A stretch of DNA of 64,000 bases, from positions 21,266,001 through 21,330,000 of the forward strand of contig NC_045704.1 in the NCBI RefSeq assembly GCF_009834535.1, read 5' to 3'. The stretch comes from Camelus ferus (Eukaryota). The position numbers and the translations under genes are program-made. Below, in pieces: positions 29,762 through 41,364 of the stretch. Below the pieces are notes generated by a model. It did no database searches, was not told the origin of the DNA, and saw only the letters and a program-made list of their open reading frames with translations. How positions within the stretch are numbered: position 1 is the stretch's first letter; each line of letters begins with the position of its first letter.

Positions 29762-29767
29762 TTTATT
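29762..29767 (-). terminator. Polyadenylation signal of the FCGBP-like locus
   Basis: AATAAA on the minus strand, followed by ggcaaaaaac and a TG/T-rich tract (tgcttgtgcctgtcttctctctc). Candidate last-exon acceptor CTTCCTACAG| at 29895. Confidence 0.6.
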
Positions 29768-30033
29768 AAAGCCATCTCCGTGCGTTCTCACCCCCGGGGC
29801 AGGTGTGCGTTGAGGGTCCCAACCCTGGGGACGCACAGAGGGACGATGTCAGGCGCTGAAGCGTTGGGTCATAGCCAGCACTACAAGCTCAGTGCTGTAG
29901 GAAGACGTCTGAGCATAGAGAGATGGTGTGGGCTGCAATCCCCTAAAGGCAGCCTGTAGCGCAGGGAGCTGGGCTGGTAGCGCCCTCTGCCGATGTGAGT
30001 CTGACCCGGGGGTAGGAGAGGGAGCTGCCTCAC

Positions 30034-30321
30034 CAGCTGTTGAAGCCCCAAGTTGAAGGGGCTGTTGAAGCCCCAAGTCCAGCATGCTTGGGACACGTCG
30101 ACTAGGCTGGCACCCCGGTGTCCTCCAGGGAGTATCAGGTCATCCGTCGCAATTCGTTGTAGTCCCCACAGGATACGCGGAGGCATCCTCGTAGCACTGG
30201 GGAGGCCCGCAAGGCCATGGCCCCCTTGGGCCCTACCAGCACCTGGAGCGTAGGGGACCTCGCTTAGCTTGCGACCACGCCTCCGCACACCTGGGCAGCG
30301 AGCTGCGTGGGGCGTCAGTTC
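30034..30321 (-). pseudogene. FCGBP-like exon: C-half of the terminal VWD
   Basis: N*RPTQLAAQV...S*...LQVLVGPKGAMALRASPVLRGCLRVSCGDYN then (after a 1-nt deletion) IATDDL...WTWGFNS. Compare FCGBP VNGLRVDLPAE...VQVWLGANGKVAVIVSNDHAGKLCGACGNFDGDQTNDW...WRAQDFSP. Stops at 30317-30315 and 30266-30264; donor GTGAGG at 30033. Confidence 0.82.
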
Positions 30322-30446
30322 CTTTGTGGAGAGTGGAGGCGGGTCAGGGGCTGGGATGAGGGCCGGAGTCCGGGAGTCAAAGGGGAACTCAGAAACCACT
30401 GTGAATCCCGCCCGCCCGTGTCTCTATCAGAAATGCATATTCGTCT

Positions 30447-30612
30447 GGGGGGAGGGTATAGCTCAGAGATCGAGCGCATGCATAGCATGCAGGACTTTCT
30501 GGGTTCAATCTCCAGTACCTCCATTAAAAAAAAAAAACACACCAAAAAACCAAAAAACATAAACCTAATTACCTCCTGCCCCCAAAGAAATAGATTTTTA
30601 AAAAATAAAAAT
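30447..30612 (+). mobile_element. tRNA-derived SINE (camelid vic-1-like) with 12-bp TSD
   Basis: GGGGAGGGTATAGCTCAG (A box) ... GGGTTCAATCTCCAGTACCTCC (B box), A-rich linker, AAACCTAATTACCTCC tail. TSD AAATGCATATTC at 30431-30442 and 30613-30624. Confidence 0.88.
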
Positions 30613-31857
30613 AAATGCATATTCAGGTCTTTGCTAGAGGAATAAGTTCTGAGATTTTCTTCAAAATCCTCCAACACAAACAAAACAAAAAGAGTGGGAG
30701 GAAAAGATGCCTTAAAGCAAGAATGGCAAAATATTTGTAACCATAATGGGGTTTCATAACACTCTTCTCTCTTCTTTTGTGACGCTTGAAATTTTCTATA
30801 ATGAACACTTTCTTAAAAGGAAGCTTGAGAGAGAAAAAAAGCCTCTAGAATCTGTCATATCTCTCTCACCTGTGTCTTCATAATCTAATAACCATTTACT
30901 GAGCACATACTCTGTTCCAGGCACTATTCCAAGGGCTTTATAAATATTTATCTTATAATGTGTAACACAGTATGTTAACATAATATGCAATATAATAGAA
31001 TGCAATTGATTTTTTAATATATTGTCACCTAATTTATATTTTATGTAATACATTTATTTTAAAATAGTGACTATTTAAGGTAGTTTATTAAACATTTAAT
31101 ATTTTAAGTGATATTAAATCCTCACCAACACTCTGACAATCTAGATCTGCAGCACCATATGCCTTCTGCCTCCTAGGAAACTAGGGCCAGAAAAGTAACA
31201 TAGCCTGCCTAGGTTTACATAGTTGTTAAGTGGCAGAGTCAGGTTTTTGAAACCTAGGGGTCTGACTTCATGACCTGTGTTTTTAGCCACTCTGCTATCT
31301 ATACTGCCTCTCCAAAAAATAATATAAAAGTGGCTGCTAGAGCTATCACAGCTTATACTTGTTGAGTACTTATGCCAAGCCTCTTACTTTATCTTCACAG
31401 CTACCCTATGCAGTGGGTAGTGTTATCACCACTTTTAGTGGATGAGGAAACAGGCATAGAGACTGAGTCACTTACCCAAAGTTACACTAGAATTCTAAGA
31501 AACATAGTCGGAGTCTCTTGACCCTCTAGCCAAAGGCTCTGGCTTAGCTTACCTGCTAGGTTGTGGCAGATACCCAAGCAGTTCTCTTGCTGGTCCATTC
31601 CCCCATTCCTACAAGTAGCCTTGAACTCACAGGTGATTCTATTTCTCATCATGGGATTTCAAGTTTGTTTTCCCCTTATAATTACTACCCATTTTGCCTG
31701 CCTGGATTCTAGTTCTTCTGTGGCTCTCCTGCTTCCGTGTTCCTTGGGGACCCAGGGATCTCTACCCTGGCATCTTTCCCTGCTGGGTTTCCAACCTCTC
31801 CTTGTCTGGCTTCTTCCCATTAGCACTTAAACATCCCCAAGTTTCTCCCATCTCAAT

Positions 31858-31911
<54 letters not shown>
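31858..31911 (+). repeat. (AAC)18 microsatellite
   Basis: Perfect trinucleotide run read directly from the sequence. Confidence 0.97.
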
Positions 31912-31915
<4 letters not shown>

Positions 31916-32647
31916 ATAAATCAGCTCTAAGATACTCTGCCTCTTCCTAGCTGATCTTTTTTCTCCCCTTTCTGCATAGACATCTTGTCAAGAGAGGGGT
32001 CTATGCCTGCTGTCTGTACTTGTCTCATTCCTCAGCCCTGCAGTCCAGGAGATGACCTCTTGATGTGATTTCTTAAATCACCAACAGCCTCCTTGGTCCT
32101 AACTCCACAGACATTTAGTGGGATATTTTATACTCATTTGTTGACTTTTACCGCAGCCCCAAGTGTAGCATCTCCCTTTTTCTGGCCTTGTCTTACAGTT
32201 CTCCTCCTTGCTCTCTTTCCCAGCTTAATGTCAGGTCTCAGCTCATTTGTCATCTCCTTCAGAAGGCCTTGACTGATCCCCTAAACTGGAGGTACTGCCT
32301 CTGGGTTCCCACAGCCTGCCTATTCAAGCCCTGATCACTCCAACATGTGCTGCCCTATTATAGCTCTGGTCACTCAGTCAGTAGTTTCCAGGAGTTCAGC
32401 AGCTCTCATGTCAAGGTGGGGTCAGCGGGTCCTGAGAAGTCCAGGGTGAGGTTTATGTGGGGTCTAGAGGGTCACGGGAGATCAGGGCAAGGACATTTAG
32501 TCAGTGGAGGTCAATGTGAGATCAGAGGATTATGGGAGAACAGTTCTACATGAAAAGGGTATGGAAGGTCAGTGAGGGGTTAAGAGGCCCCTGAGATCAG
32601 TGCTAGGTTACACAAAGGTCTTGGCTGGAATTGAGGTAGCCCTTTAC

Positions 32648-32909
32648 TCATATTTCCCAATTGGGTCCCACAGCTGCACAGCCATCTCTGAAGCTGATGA
32701 TCATTTGTGGTTGGGAGCAGTGCAGCCAGGACAGTCTGGGAAGTCAGAAATTACATGGAACCAGTCAGGATCTCGGGGCCTAGAACCCACCAATGTGGCT
32801 AGCTCACAGGCACAGGGTGTGATAGGCATGGGTGTGAGCCCACTGAAGCCATCAAAGGTGGTGAAGAGGCCCCCAGGTGCTAGATCGAAAAAGTGACAAT
32901 TGCTAGCCT
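32648..32909 (-). pseudogene. FCGBP-like exon: N-half of the terminal VWD
   Basis: LAPGGLFTTFDG...DWFHVISDFPDC; shifted frame QMIISFRDGCAAVGPNWEI*| (TGG to TGA at 32650-32648). Matches the recalled FCGBP last VWD LSVGANLTTFDG...PWYRVVAEVQIC...QVHIFFQDGMVTLTPNKGVW. Confidence 0.85.
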
Positions 32910-33169
32910 CTATAGAATTGGCCGCCTGGAGGCATCATGATGCCATTCTAAGTCTTCTGATGAGAAAATGATTCTTTTGATTGTTATTGATGCTTTATTG
33001 TTTGAGCCATGGCTATATAACCTACCCCATCCCCAAAGTGGGTTCACAGTTTTGAAGGCACTAGCCTGCTGTGAGTACCTTTTGCCCAGCAAAGTAATAG
33101 AGCTACCTCTTTTCTTCTAAGCTCCAAGACCCAGTCCCTGAGTTATTTGGCTCATCAGGGACAGGGGCG

Positions 33170-33316
33170 GAACTTTCGGCAACAACAACACTGTACATCC
33201 TCACCCAGGATGCAACCTATGGTTTGTGGGCAAGAAAAGGGCTGGCACTGAAGGCCTTGGCCATGTAAGCACATACAGCACTCTTGGCAGTCAGGCCGGA
33301 CCAATGCCTCCCCAAT
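33170..33316 (-). pseudogene. FCGBP-like exon: TILa/VWC-like cysteine module
   Basis: Acceptor TCTCTGCAG|; IGEALVRPDCQECCMCLHGQGLQCQPFSCPQTIGCILGEDVQC, compare recalled FCGBP SDCSERCSCSSSSGLTCQAAGCPPGRVC. The 3' end is approximate. Confidence 0.75.
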
Positions 33317-33329
33317 CTGCAGAGACAAA

Positions 33330-33610
33330 GACTCAATATCGGGTCCAAAAAGCCATCATAAACATGAATGGACAAACAATGAAGCACCTGTGTAGCACAT
33401 ATCACAGACAAAGGACTAATTTCCCTAAATATGTAAAGAGTTCCTAGAAATCAAAAACAAAAAGACCAACAACACAATATTTTTTCAATGGGCAAAGGCT
33501 ATTCAGAAAGTTAATAAAAAAGGAAATAGAAATGTTTCTTAGATATATGAAAAGATGCTCAACCTCCTAATAAGACATACAAATTAAAAATCTATTGAGA
33601 TATTTTGTGT
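33330..33610 (+). mobile_element. Old L1 (L1M) ORF2 3' fragment
   Basis: catatcacagacaaaggactaat...aaagagttcctagaaatcaa...aaatgggcaaagg...tatgaaaagatgctcaacctc. Confidence 0.75.
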
Positions 33611-34852
33611 GTCTATGCAGAACAGACAGCCCCAGCTGTAGGCTCGGAGGTAATGGCCACAAAAGAAGGACAGTGATTCCAGAATTCCGTCCAGCTACAG
33701 AGAGGGCATGGGGGGTGGGAGAACAGCCAGGGAAGGGAGTATTGGCAGTCAGCAGACATTCTTGGAACTGTCAATGAAGGATCAGAGAGAGATCAAGGAG
33801 AACATTCATTAGGGATCAAAAGAGAATTCAGTGGGAAGTCAATGGAGGCTAAATGGGGGGGTCACCAAAGGATCCAATGGGGGATCAATGATAGAGTGAC
33901 TGAATGGTCAGAATTAAAGAGAGGTCAATGGACAATCAATGAAGGTGGTAAAAAAAAGAATGATTAGGGAGTCAGTGGGAAAAGTCAGTGAGGAATCAAA
34001 GGGAGGATCAAGAAGAGGGCAAATGGAGAAAGTGAAATGAGTCACTGAAGATCAAGAGAAGGCTTTGGGTGGAACTAGGGGTGCTGCTCAACTGGAGGGT
34101 AAATGAGGGTGGAGTTAGAAGGTGAGTCGATGAATTAATGAGACACTATGAAAGGCTCAATGGATGAGATAATGAGTCAAAGAGGCTCAGCTGGGTAACA
34201 GAAAAGCCTGAGAATTCAATGGAGGAGTCAGTATCAACAGGAAGCTCAATAGCAAGATCTGCAGTGGTGTAAGTGGGGGCATTAATGGGCCAGTCATGGA
34301 TCACTGGGAGTGTCAATTAGATAGCTCAGCACGGATCAGTGGGGTAACAGTGTGGGGTGGGGTCAACAGGGCAGTAAATAGGGTTAATGGGTGAGTCAAT
34401 ATAACAGTAGTAGGATCAGTTGGGGAGGGGCAATGGGTTAATGGGATATTAAAAGGGGGGTGAAAGAGGGTCAATGGGGAGGTCAGGGCTGAGCCGGTGG
34501 GTTAAAGGGGAGTCAATCAGGGAGTCAATGGAAGACTCAATGGAGAGTTAATGGGAGGGTAGTAGGAGTCTCAAGGGTGGTTAAGCATGAACAAGTCAGA
34601 GTCAGTGGAAGGAGTCGACAAGCAAGTCAGTGAGAAGGAGGGTCAGTAACCACCAGTAAGGGATAAATAGGGCCACTAGGGAATTGGAGTGGACATATTT
34701 GAGAACCAGTGGGAGAGGCAGTAAAAGAGGCATCAACAGGAAAAGAAGGGTCACTATGGGTTATCTGAGAATAGTGGGGACAGTGAGGGATGGTGGGTCA
34801 GTGTGGGCCTTTGGAACCTCCCCTAGAAGTAGTTGAGATCTTTCAGACTCAC

Positions 34853-35400
34853 ATCTAGCCTCAGAGCATAGGCTGAGGGGGTCAGGTCCTTGGGCAGCCA
34901 CATGGCCACAGAAGTGGGGTCAAATTGAGGCTGAAGGGCTCAAAGTTGGCGTGGCCTGTGTCACAGAGACCTGCCAGGTGGTAGACGCAGGAACCAGGGA
35001 ATTCACAGTGGGTTCCTCCAAATGTGTGGAAGTGGAAGTCTCCAGTGGCAGTGCAGACCAGTGGCTCCTCCAGGGTGGTGGTGCTGGGTGGGGGCTGGGC
35101 TAACAGGTAGTGATGCCAGCCACCTGTGGCAGCCTTGCAGCGACCACAGCCCTTCTCAGGCCAGCAGCCGGTAGACTGCTCACCAGGGCCCCAGGGGCTG
35201 GGCAGTGGCAGTTCTGAATACAGTTGTCTGTCCAGAAAGTGCAGCATTGGCACAGGAAGCAGGAGCAGTGGCACGGAGCACACATCAACCCTCCAGCAGC
35301 GAAGAGCAGGCAGGCACTGGCAGGTAGGGGCACAGGGGTGGCTACAGTGCTCTGGGGCTGAGGGATTGGCACATGTGGCTGGATGTGCAGAGACACATGG
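34853..35400 (-). pseudogene. FCGBP-like exon: TIL + TILa + VWD N-half
   Basis: PATCANPSAPEHCSHPCAPTCQCLP (TIL); in another frame TFWTDNCIQNCHCPAPGALVS (TILa); CTATGDFHFHTFGGTHCEFPGSCVYHLAGLCDT (VWD start); donor GTGAGT at 34852. Confidence 0.9.
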
Positions 35401-35624
35401 GAAAAAGCAGGAGTTTGTCAGGCACTGGGGACTGGGGCCAAGGACCAATGATGGGGAACCAGCAGTGGGGCCACCGGGCTCAGGGCAGGGGCCAAGGTGG
35501 CTGAGGGGGAGAACAAGGGTCAGGGACCTATTAGTTGCAGGAGTCTGGGTCACCAGTCCCCTCCTTCCCAAGACCCAGAGGTCACGCCTCTATCTCTGAC
35601 GCCTCAGACCACAGCCCTGCTCAC

Positions 35625-36027
35625 CTTGCAGTAGAGCCTAGGAGTCCATCTGTGATGCCACAGACCTCCTCCGTAAGGCAGCTGAAGGGAACACAAGCCA
35701 GGCGCCCTCCAGGGCTGCACACTGGCACCAGCCGTCTGGCAGGCGGCCACATAGGCTTGCAGGCAGGCCACAGAGCACTTTGTGGTTCCTGAGGGCACAG
35801 CCCATGTTGACCACAGAGGTCTGGAAGAAGGGCTCCGGTGGCAGGCATGCGTGGCAGGGCGCCAGCAGGCCGCTGGGCTCACACGGAAGGCCACAGGTGC
35901 TGTGTCTGGGCTCTTGTCCTATGTGGCTGCTGGACAGCTGGCATCTGGGCAGGGATGCAGTGCAGGCCTAGGCCTCGGCTGCTGCAGGTTACCTGTCGAA
36001 GTCGCCACAGAGGCTGTGCACCCGCCC
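35625..36027 (-). pseudogene. FCGBP-like exon: VWD tail + C8
   Basis: GRVHSLCGDFDR*; CGLPCEPSGLLAPCHACLPPEPFFQT; after a frameshift CLQAYVAACQTAGASVQPWRAPGLC; donor AAG|GTGAGC at 35624. Confidence 0.9.
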
Positions 36028-37004
36028 CTGTCAGTGCAAGGACAGGCAGCCGAAGGTCAGTGGTGGGGGTCAGGGACTGGGGAGAATCAAGGAGAAGAGG
36101 GGTTGGCAGTGGTGTGGGGAGAGTGTGTGGAAGCTAAGAGAGGTGGTGTGCTGGAACACGGGGAGAGTGGAGAGGGAGGGGAAGAGGGAGAGGAGGGATG
36201 TGGGGGTGAAGTAAAGGGGGAGAGGGAGTCAAGGCAGAAGGGGCAATCACGGCAGCTCTTGGGAGTGGGTACTGAAGAGTAGGAAGAAGACCAGGAAAGG
36301 TGTGGGAGGAGGTGTGTGGAGGTTAGAAGAGGGGAAGGAAAATGAGGGGAGGCGAGTGGTGGGGTGGGCACGGGGGTGTAAGATAGAGGGAGTATTCCTA
36401 TTTGGGGACAAGGGAGAGACCTAGATGGCATCTGTGGACCTGGGGGATAAGGAGGCGGCAATGGAGGGCTGGAGAGCCAGGGAAGATGTTGGGACAGGAG
36501 GAGGGGAGAGGATGCGAGGCAGGAGGAAAGGCAGAGGTGAGAGAAGGGCACGCAGGGAAGGAAGGTGGTCAAGCAGGGACTGGGGTTGGGGATGCCAGGT
36601 GGGAGTTGGGGAAGAGGTAACGGTAATCATGGAGCATGGAGGGCACCCGGAGACCCAGGCAGAGGAAAAGAGACCTGGAGATGAAGATGCGGGGGGTGGG
36701 AGAGACAGGTGGGGTGGGCATACTGGGGTGAAGAGAAGTGGGGGAGGGAAGTGGGAGAAACAGAGAGCCTGGGCAGTATGGAGAAGGGACATGTGGACCC
36801 AGCTGTTGGGAGAGGGGCTGAAAGGAGAAAGGGAAGGAAGAGAGGGAGGAGGAGGTGGAGAACAGAGAAGGAAGAAGGAAAAGAGAGTGGAAATGAGGGT
36901 GATGGGGGGAGGAAGGCCTCAGTGGGGGGGTAGGCAGAGATTGGACCGCCAGAACAGAGACTGGATGGTAGCTGAAAGGAGGCAAAGAGGGGGTGGGATC
37001 TCAC

Positions 37005-37481
37005 CTTGACGCATCCCTGGTCCAGGAGGAAGCGGTGGAGCAGCACGTGGTGGAGTTCAGGCATCCATGAGCCGTTTTCCAGCACTACCTTGAAGGGCCA
37101 CGTACCCGAAGGCGACATTTCTCTGTGCCCACCAATGAATAGGTGCAGGCGTTGGGGAGGTGGAAGGTGGTGCCCTCGAAGTTGCGGTAATGGAGCCTGC
37201 CTGGGGCAAGGCAGAGATCAGGGCCATCCATCCTGCTTGGCACAGTTTGCAGGCCATCTGGCCGCCAGGTGGCAGTGGCAGCAGCGGCTGTGTGCGGAGT
37301 GAAGGGCGGGCAGCGGCGCCGGCGCAGCTCAGCACAAAGCCCGCTTCGCACACGCAGCCCTCGTAGCCCTGGAGGCAGCACCCGCGATCCTCGCAGCCGG
37401 GTGGCCGCTCCTGTCCTGCGAAAGTGTCTGGGCAGCTTGGAGCACACAGTGTGTAGTGTGAGTGTGTGCGGCAAAGCAAGC
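37005..37481 (-). pseudogene. FCGBP-like exon: TIL + TILa remnant + VWD N-half
   Basis: Phase-1 acceptor CTCGCAG|; LLCRTHSHYTLCAPSCP...EGCVCEAGFVLS (TIL); after frameshifts LCLAPGRLHYRNFEGTTFHLPNACTYSLVG and FKVVLENG; donor AAG|GTGAGA at 37004. Confidence 0.9.
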
Positions 37482-38049
37482 CTGCGAGGAGTAGGAATGG
37501 AGGGTTACTTGATGGCAAGTGGCTGCTGGAGTCTCACCCTCACCTCTGGGGCTGGGCTGCGACATCTGGGGCCTTGCAGGGGTAAGGGATGGAAAGATTG
37601 ACTTGGGCAGAGCTGAAGCTAACTTTGAAATGGGTAAAGACCAGGTAGCTAACCATGAATCAGAAGCACAGTTAATCCCTAAGGGTTTGGGATGGGTAAG
37701 GGTTTGGGGGCTGGACCATGAACAGGTCTGAGTTTCTGAAGAGGTAAGGGTTGAAGGGCTGGACCATAATCAGGGCTAAGAAGTAGGAAGGATAAGAGCC
37801 AGGGGAAGGACTTTCGTCTGAGATGGGTTGACACTTTTGGATGGGCAAAGTATGAGGTCCCCGACCATGACGGGGAGTGGAGAAGTGGTTGGAGGCTGGC
37901 ACTGTGGGAAGTATGGGTCTCAAGGACTAAATTGTGTGTGGCAGGTGGGGGGTGGGGAGGCTGGCACACTGAGATGGGCAACAAGGAGCTGAACTGGGGT
38001 CAGGAGTGGGTCAGAGAGGAGAGGCTGGACCGAGGCCCTGGACACTCAC

Positions 38050-38406
38050 TGCACAGGCTCAATTTCTGCCAGGGGAAGACCTGGCTGCCCAGCAGCTGGC
38101 AAGTTTCACGGTAGACAGTTAGCATCTAGCAGGGTACAGTGCCCAGGCATACATCCACCATGCAATCTTGGACATAGGGGTTTGGGGCAAGCAGTTTACA
38201 GCACAGTCAGAAGGGCCCCAGTGGGGCCAAGAGGATGTCACATATGTAGACAAAGTGGGCTGGGGTGCTGGTGTTTGGCAGGGTGACACAGGATGGTAGC
38301 AGTGGCAGCATCTTGCCAGCAGCATCCAGGTACCCAGCGCGGGAACCCACCAAGAAACTATGGCCGAAGGCCCAGGCCAATGCATCCTCAGGCAGCTTGG
38401 TGCCCC
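38050..38406 (-). pseudogene. FCGBP-like exon: VWD tail + C8
   Basis: AFGHSFLV...CDILLAPLGPF*LCCKLLAPNPYVQDCMVDVCLGTVPC*MLTVYRETCQLLGSQVFPWQKLSLC; in-frame stops at 38209-38207 and 38128-38126; phase-1 donor GTGAGT at 38049. Confidence 0.88.
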
Positions 38407-38916
38407 CTAGAGTGGAGGCTTTGCAGCCCCCAGCCCCAGCAATCCTCACCTCACATAGTAAAGTTTCTGTCTTCAGAAACCAGAAGTCCCTTCTCCAGAA
38501 CATAAAAGTCAAGCCATGGGACATGAAACCCTCACTGCAGACCCTGGAGTCTTCACTGCCTAGAGGACTTTTCCATCCACCAAATCTAGGAATCTTGCCT
38601 TTTAGAACTGCGTAATTCTGGACCCCAGAAACTATGTCTTCACTTTCAGGACCCACAGACTCCAACTCCAAGACCCAGGTGTTCCAGTCCTCAGAACCCA
38701 GAAGCCCCACCCCTAGGGTGGAGGAGTCTCCACCCTCAGACCCAAGAAGCCCTGGCTCCAGAGCCTCAGCAGTCCCATCCCTAAGGCCCGAGGCCATCCC
38801 ACCCCAGGGACTCTGAGCTTTGCCCCAGGAATCAACTCTAGTATCAAGGAATGTCCCCTCTAGTTTCCAGAGTCCCTTTCACCAGCAGCCCATAGCCCTT
38901 TACTTCTAAGGCTCAC

Positions 38917-39472
38917 TCAAGGCAACCAGCCTGGAATTTCCAGGGGTGGACGCTGATACTCAGGTGCTGACAAGCAGGCATATAGACCTGGAGGGCCACG
39001 CAAAGCCCAAGTTGGTAGTTGGGGAAGAGACAGATTGACAGGTCCAAGCACTGCAGCTGGACTCAAAGAGTGTAGGCTGCAGCAGATAATCGCAGTGGCC
39101 TGATGACCTGTTCAGAGTTCCTAGGACAGCACAGGGCCCTGGGGTCTCTGGTTGGGGTGCGGGCTGGGCACAGGAAGCATCCCAGAGGGTGTGGCATGGG
39201 GTAGCAGGTGGCTGCAGGGCCCAATTGCACAAGAAGACACGAGGCTTGGGACCTCCCACATCTTCGGGAGTTTCCCAGTTGAAGTTCCCGCACAGGCCTG
39301 CCATGTGTGCACGTTAGCTGCTGGTCATTTGCAGAGACCACATGTGCTGCCAGTTGGTGACGAGGCACAGTTCGGGTGGCTCTTGTTTCAGATTTGCCTC
39401 TGCTCATAATTTAGAGCTGTGAGGGTACAACCACAGCTGCCCATCACTCAGGGTCACTGGCTGCCACAGCCA
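38917..39472 (-). pseudogene. FCGBP-like exon: VWD C-half + C8
   Basis: QPVTLSDGQLWL...NWQHMWSLQMTSS*RAHMAGLCGNFN (TGA 39406-39404; TAA 39316-39314 sits where family members have the Tyr of PSSY), then after a frameshift LCVALQVYMPACQHLSISVHPWKFQAGC. Donor GTGAGC at 38916. Confidence 0.88.
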
Positions 39473-39869
39473 CTGCTGGGCAGGGCGACCCAAGAGCCAG
39501 AGTCACCAGAAAGGCTGTATTCCTAAGCATTTGAGGAGGGGTGAGGGTTGGAAGCTGAGGGAGTTGAATGTTGGGGTACTGAGTGAGTGGGGGCTTCAAG
39601 GTCTCATCCTCAGCCACTAACCAAGAGTCTTGTTTCCACACCCAGATGTGTCCTCACGCAAAACTCAAAAGTCTTTCTCTGAGGAATCCAGATAAGTTAT
39701 TTCCACTAAGGAGCTAGGACTGCCCACTTCCTCCAGTTCATAGGAAAGCCTTCAGCCAGAACTCAAATGTCTTTCCCACAATTACCAAGAGCCTCTGCTA
39801 AGAGCTTCCAAATCAGATGGTATCTCCCTTCTCTCAATCCATGATTTCCTTTGTTATCCTCTATCCCCC

Positions 39870-40580
39870 AGAAGGTTTCCAACCCACCTTTTAGTCTCCC
39901 TCACTGCCTCCATCCTGGCCCAACCCCCATCATCTCCTGCCAGGACTACTGCAGCAAACCTCCTCACTGGTCTCCCAGCACTTCCTTCTCAAGCTCCAGA
40001 GTCTGTCCCCCACATGGCAGCCACAAGGATCTTATTCACATGAAAGTGATAGTTCATCCCTCCTCTGCACAAAATCTTTCCTTGGCTCCCACCTCACAAA
40101 GAATAAAAGCTAAAGTTGCTGTGAGAGCCCACATGGCCGTACACAATCTGACCCCCGTGATCTCTCCCTTTTCTCGGCACCATGATCCCTCCACTTCAGC
40201 CTGGACTTCTTGCCGTTCCTCTAATGCGCCTGGCAGATTTTCACTTTAGGCACTTGCTGTTCCCTCTGCCTGGAATGCTCTTTTCTCAGATACCCACATG
40301 GCCCTCTCCCTCACTTCCTTTAAGACTTGGCTTAAGTTTCATCTTCTCAGCGAGGCCCTCCTATTTAAAACTGTACTCTCAGAAATCCTGATCCCACTTT
40401 CCTTGCTCTATTTTTTCTCTTTAGCACGTATCATCTTCTAACATACTATAAAATTAACTTAAATGTGTGGCTTATCTCTCGCCGCTAGAATATAAGCACC
40501 GGAAGAACAAGGATTTTGTCTGCCTTGGTTGCTGATGTGTCTTCAGTTTCTTCAACAAGGTCTGATACACAATAATTAAA
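39870..40580 (+). mobile_element. L2 fragment
   Basis: ggactactgcagcaaacctcctcactggtctccc...ctgttccctctgcctggaatgctc...ctagaatataagc..gaagaacaaggattttgtctg. Confidence 0.75.
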
Positions 40581-41364
40581 AATATTCCTCAATTAATGAG
40601 GGAACTCAGGAGTGTCAGGTCCCTGGGAGATGGGGGCCCATGTGGTGAGAGTAAAAATCTGGAGCCCTGAGAATTTGAGGATGCTGGAGACCTGGAATGG
40701 AGGCTGAAGAATGCTGAGGAACCACTAGAGCACTTGGGGGAAGTCCTGACTCCTGAGTGTCAGGGCAAGCTCTCAAGGGGTGTGGAGGGGAGTATGGACC
40801 ATCATGGGCTCCCACAGCAAGTCAGCATCATACACTTTCTGAGCTTTCCATGTATTCTCATTTTTGTCCTCAATACAACCCTATGGATTAGGTCTTTACA
40901 TCATTCTGATTTCACAGATGAAGAAACAGAGGCTCAGAGAGGTTAAATAATCTGCCCAAAGTCATACAAATAAATAGTCAAGTTGGGATTGCACCCATGC
41001 CATATGGGTCCAGAGTCTGTTGTCCTTCTATAGTGCTGAAAGGTGGCTTTGCTACATCCATAACCTCCATGAGTTTTCCCCCTCTAGCAACTCTGATTAA
41101 ATATAGTCTAGCCCCCACAACCTTCCATGCAGAGCACTGTCCCTAAATCTTCCCTGAGGAAAAATGTGGGACATACCCGTGGCTGCATATGGTCCGAGGA
41201 CATGACCAAAGCTCAGAGAATTTGGAGGCTCCAGATGCCAGTGTTAGGGGGCAATAAACATAGCAAACATCCTTCACATGACACTTACCATGAAATGGAC
41301 TCTGTTCCAAGTGCTTTTCATATATTAACTCATTCCCACCTTACAGCGACCTGACGAGGTGGGT

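Noticed and set aside
30447-30525. tRNA-like sequence (A and B boxes, GGTTCAAT)
   Set aside because: It is the head of a tRNA-derived SINE with a tail and TSD; the same holds for the copy at 44750-44829. Not a tRNA gene.
31694-31930. ORF with a poly-Thr tract
   Set aside because: Translation of an (AAC)18 microsatellite in repeat-derived intronic DNA.
36560-36690. Possible VWD middle exon (LGLRVPSMLHDYRYLFPNSH)
   Set aside because: Only weak resemblance to GLxVxYDW...LPSSY, embedded in low-complexity sequence; not supportable without an HMM search.
36060-37009. Long Gly/Arg/Glu-rich (+) and Pro/Ser/Leu-rich (-) ORFs
   Set aside because: Compositional artefacts of a purine-rich low-complexity tract with few stop codons.
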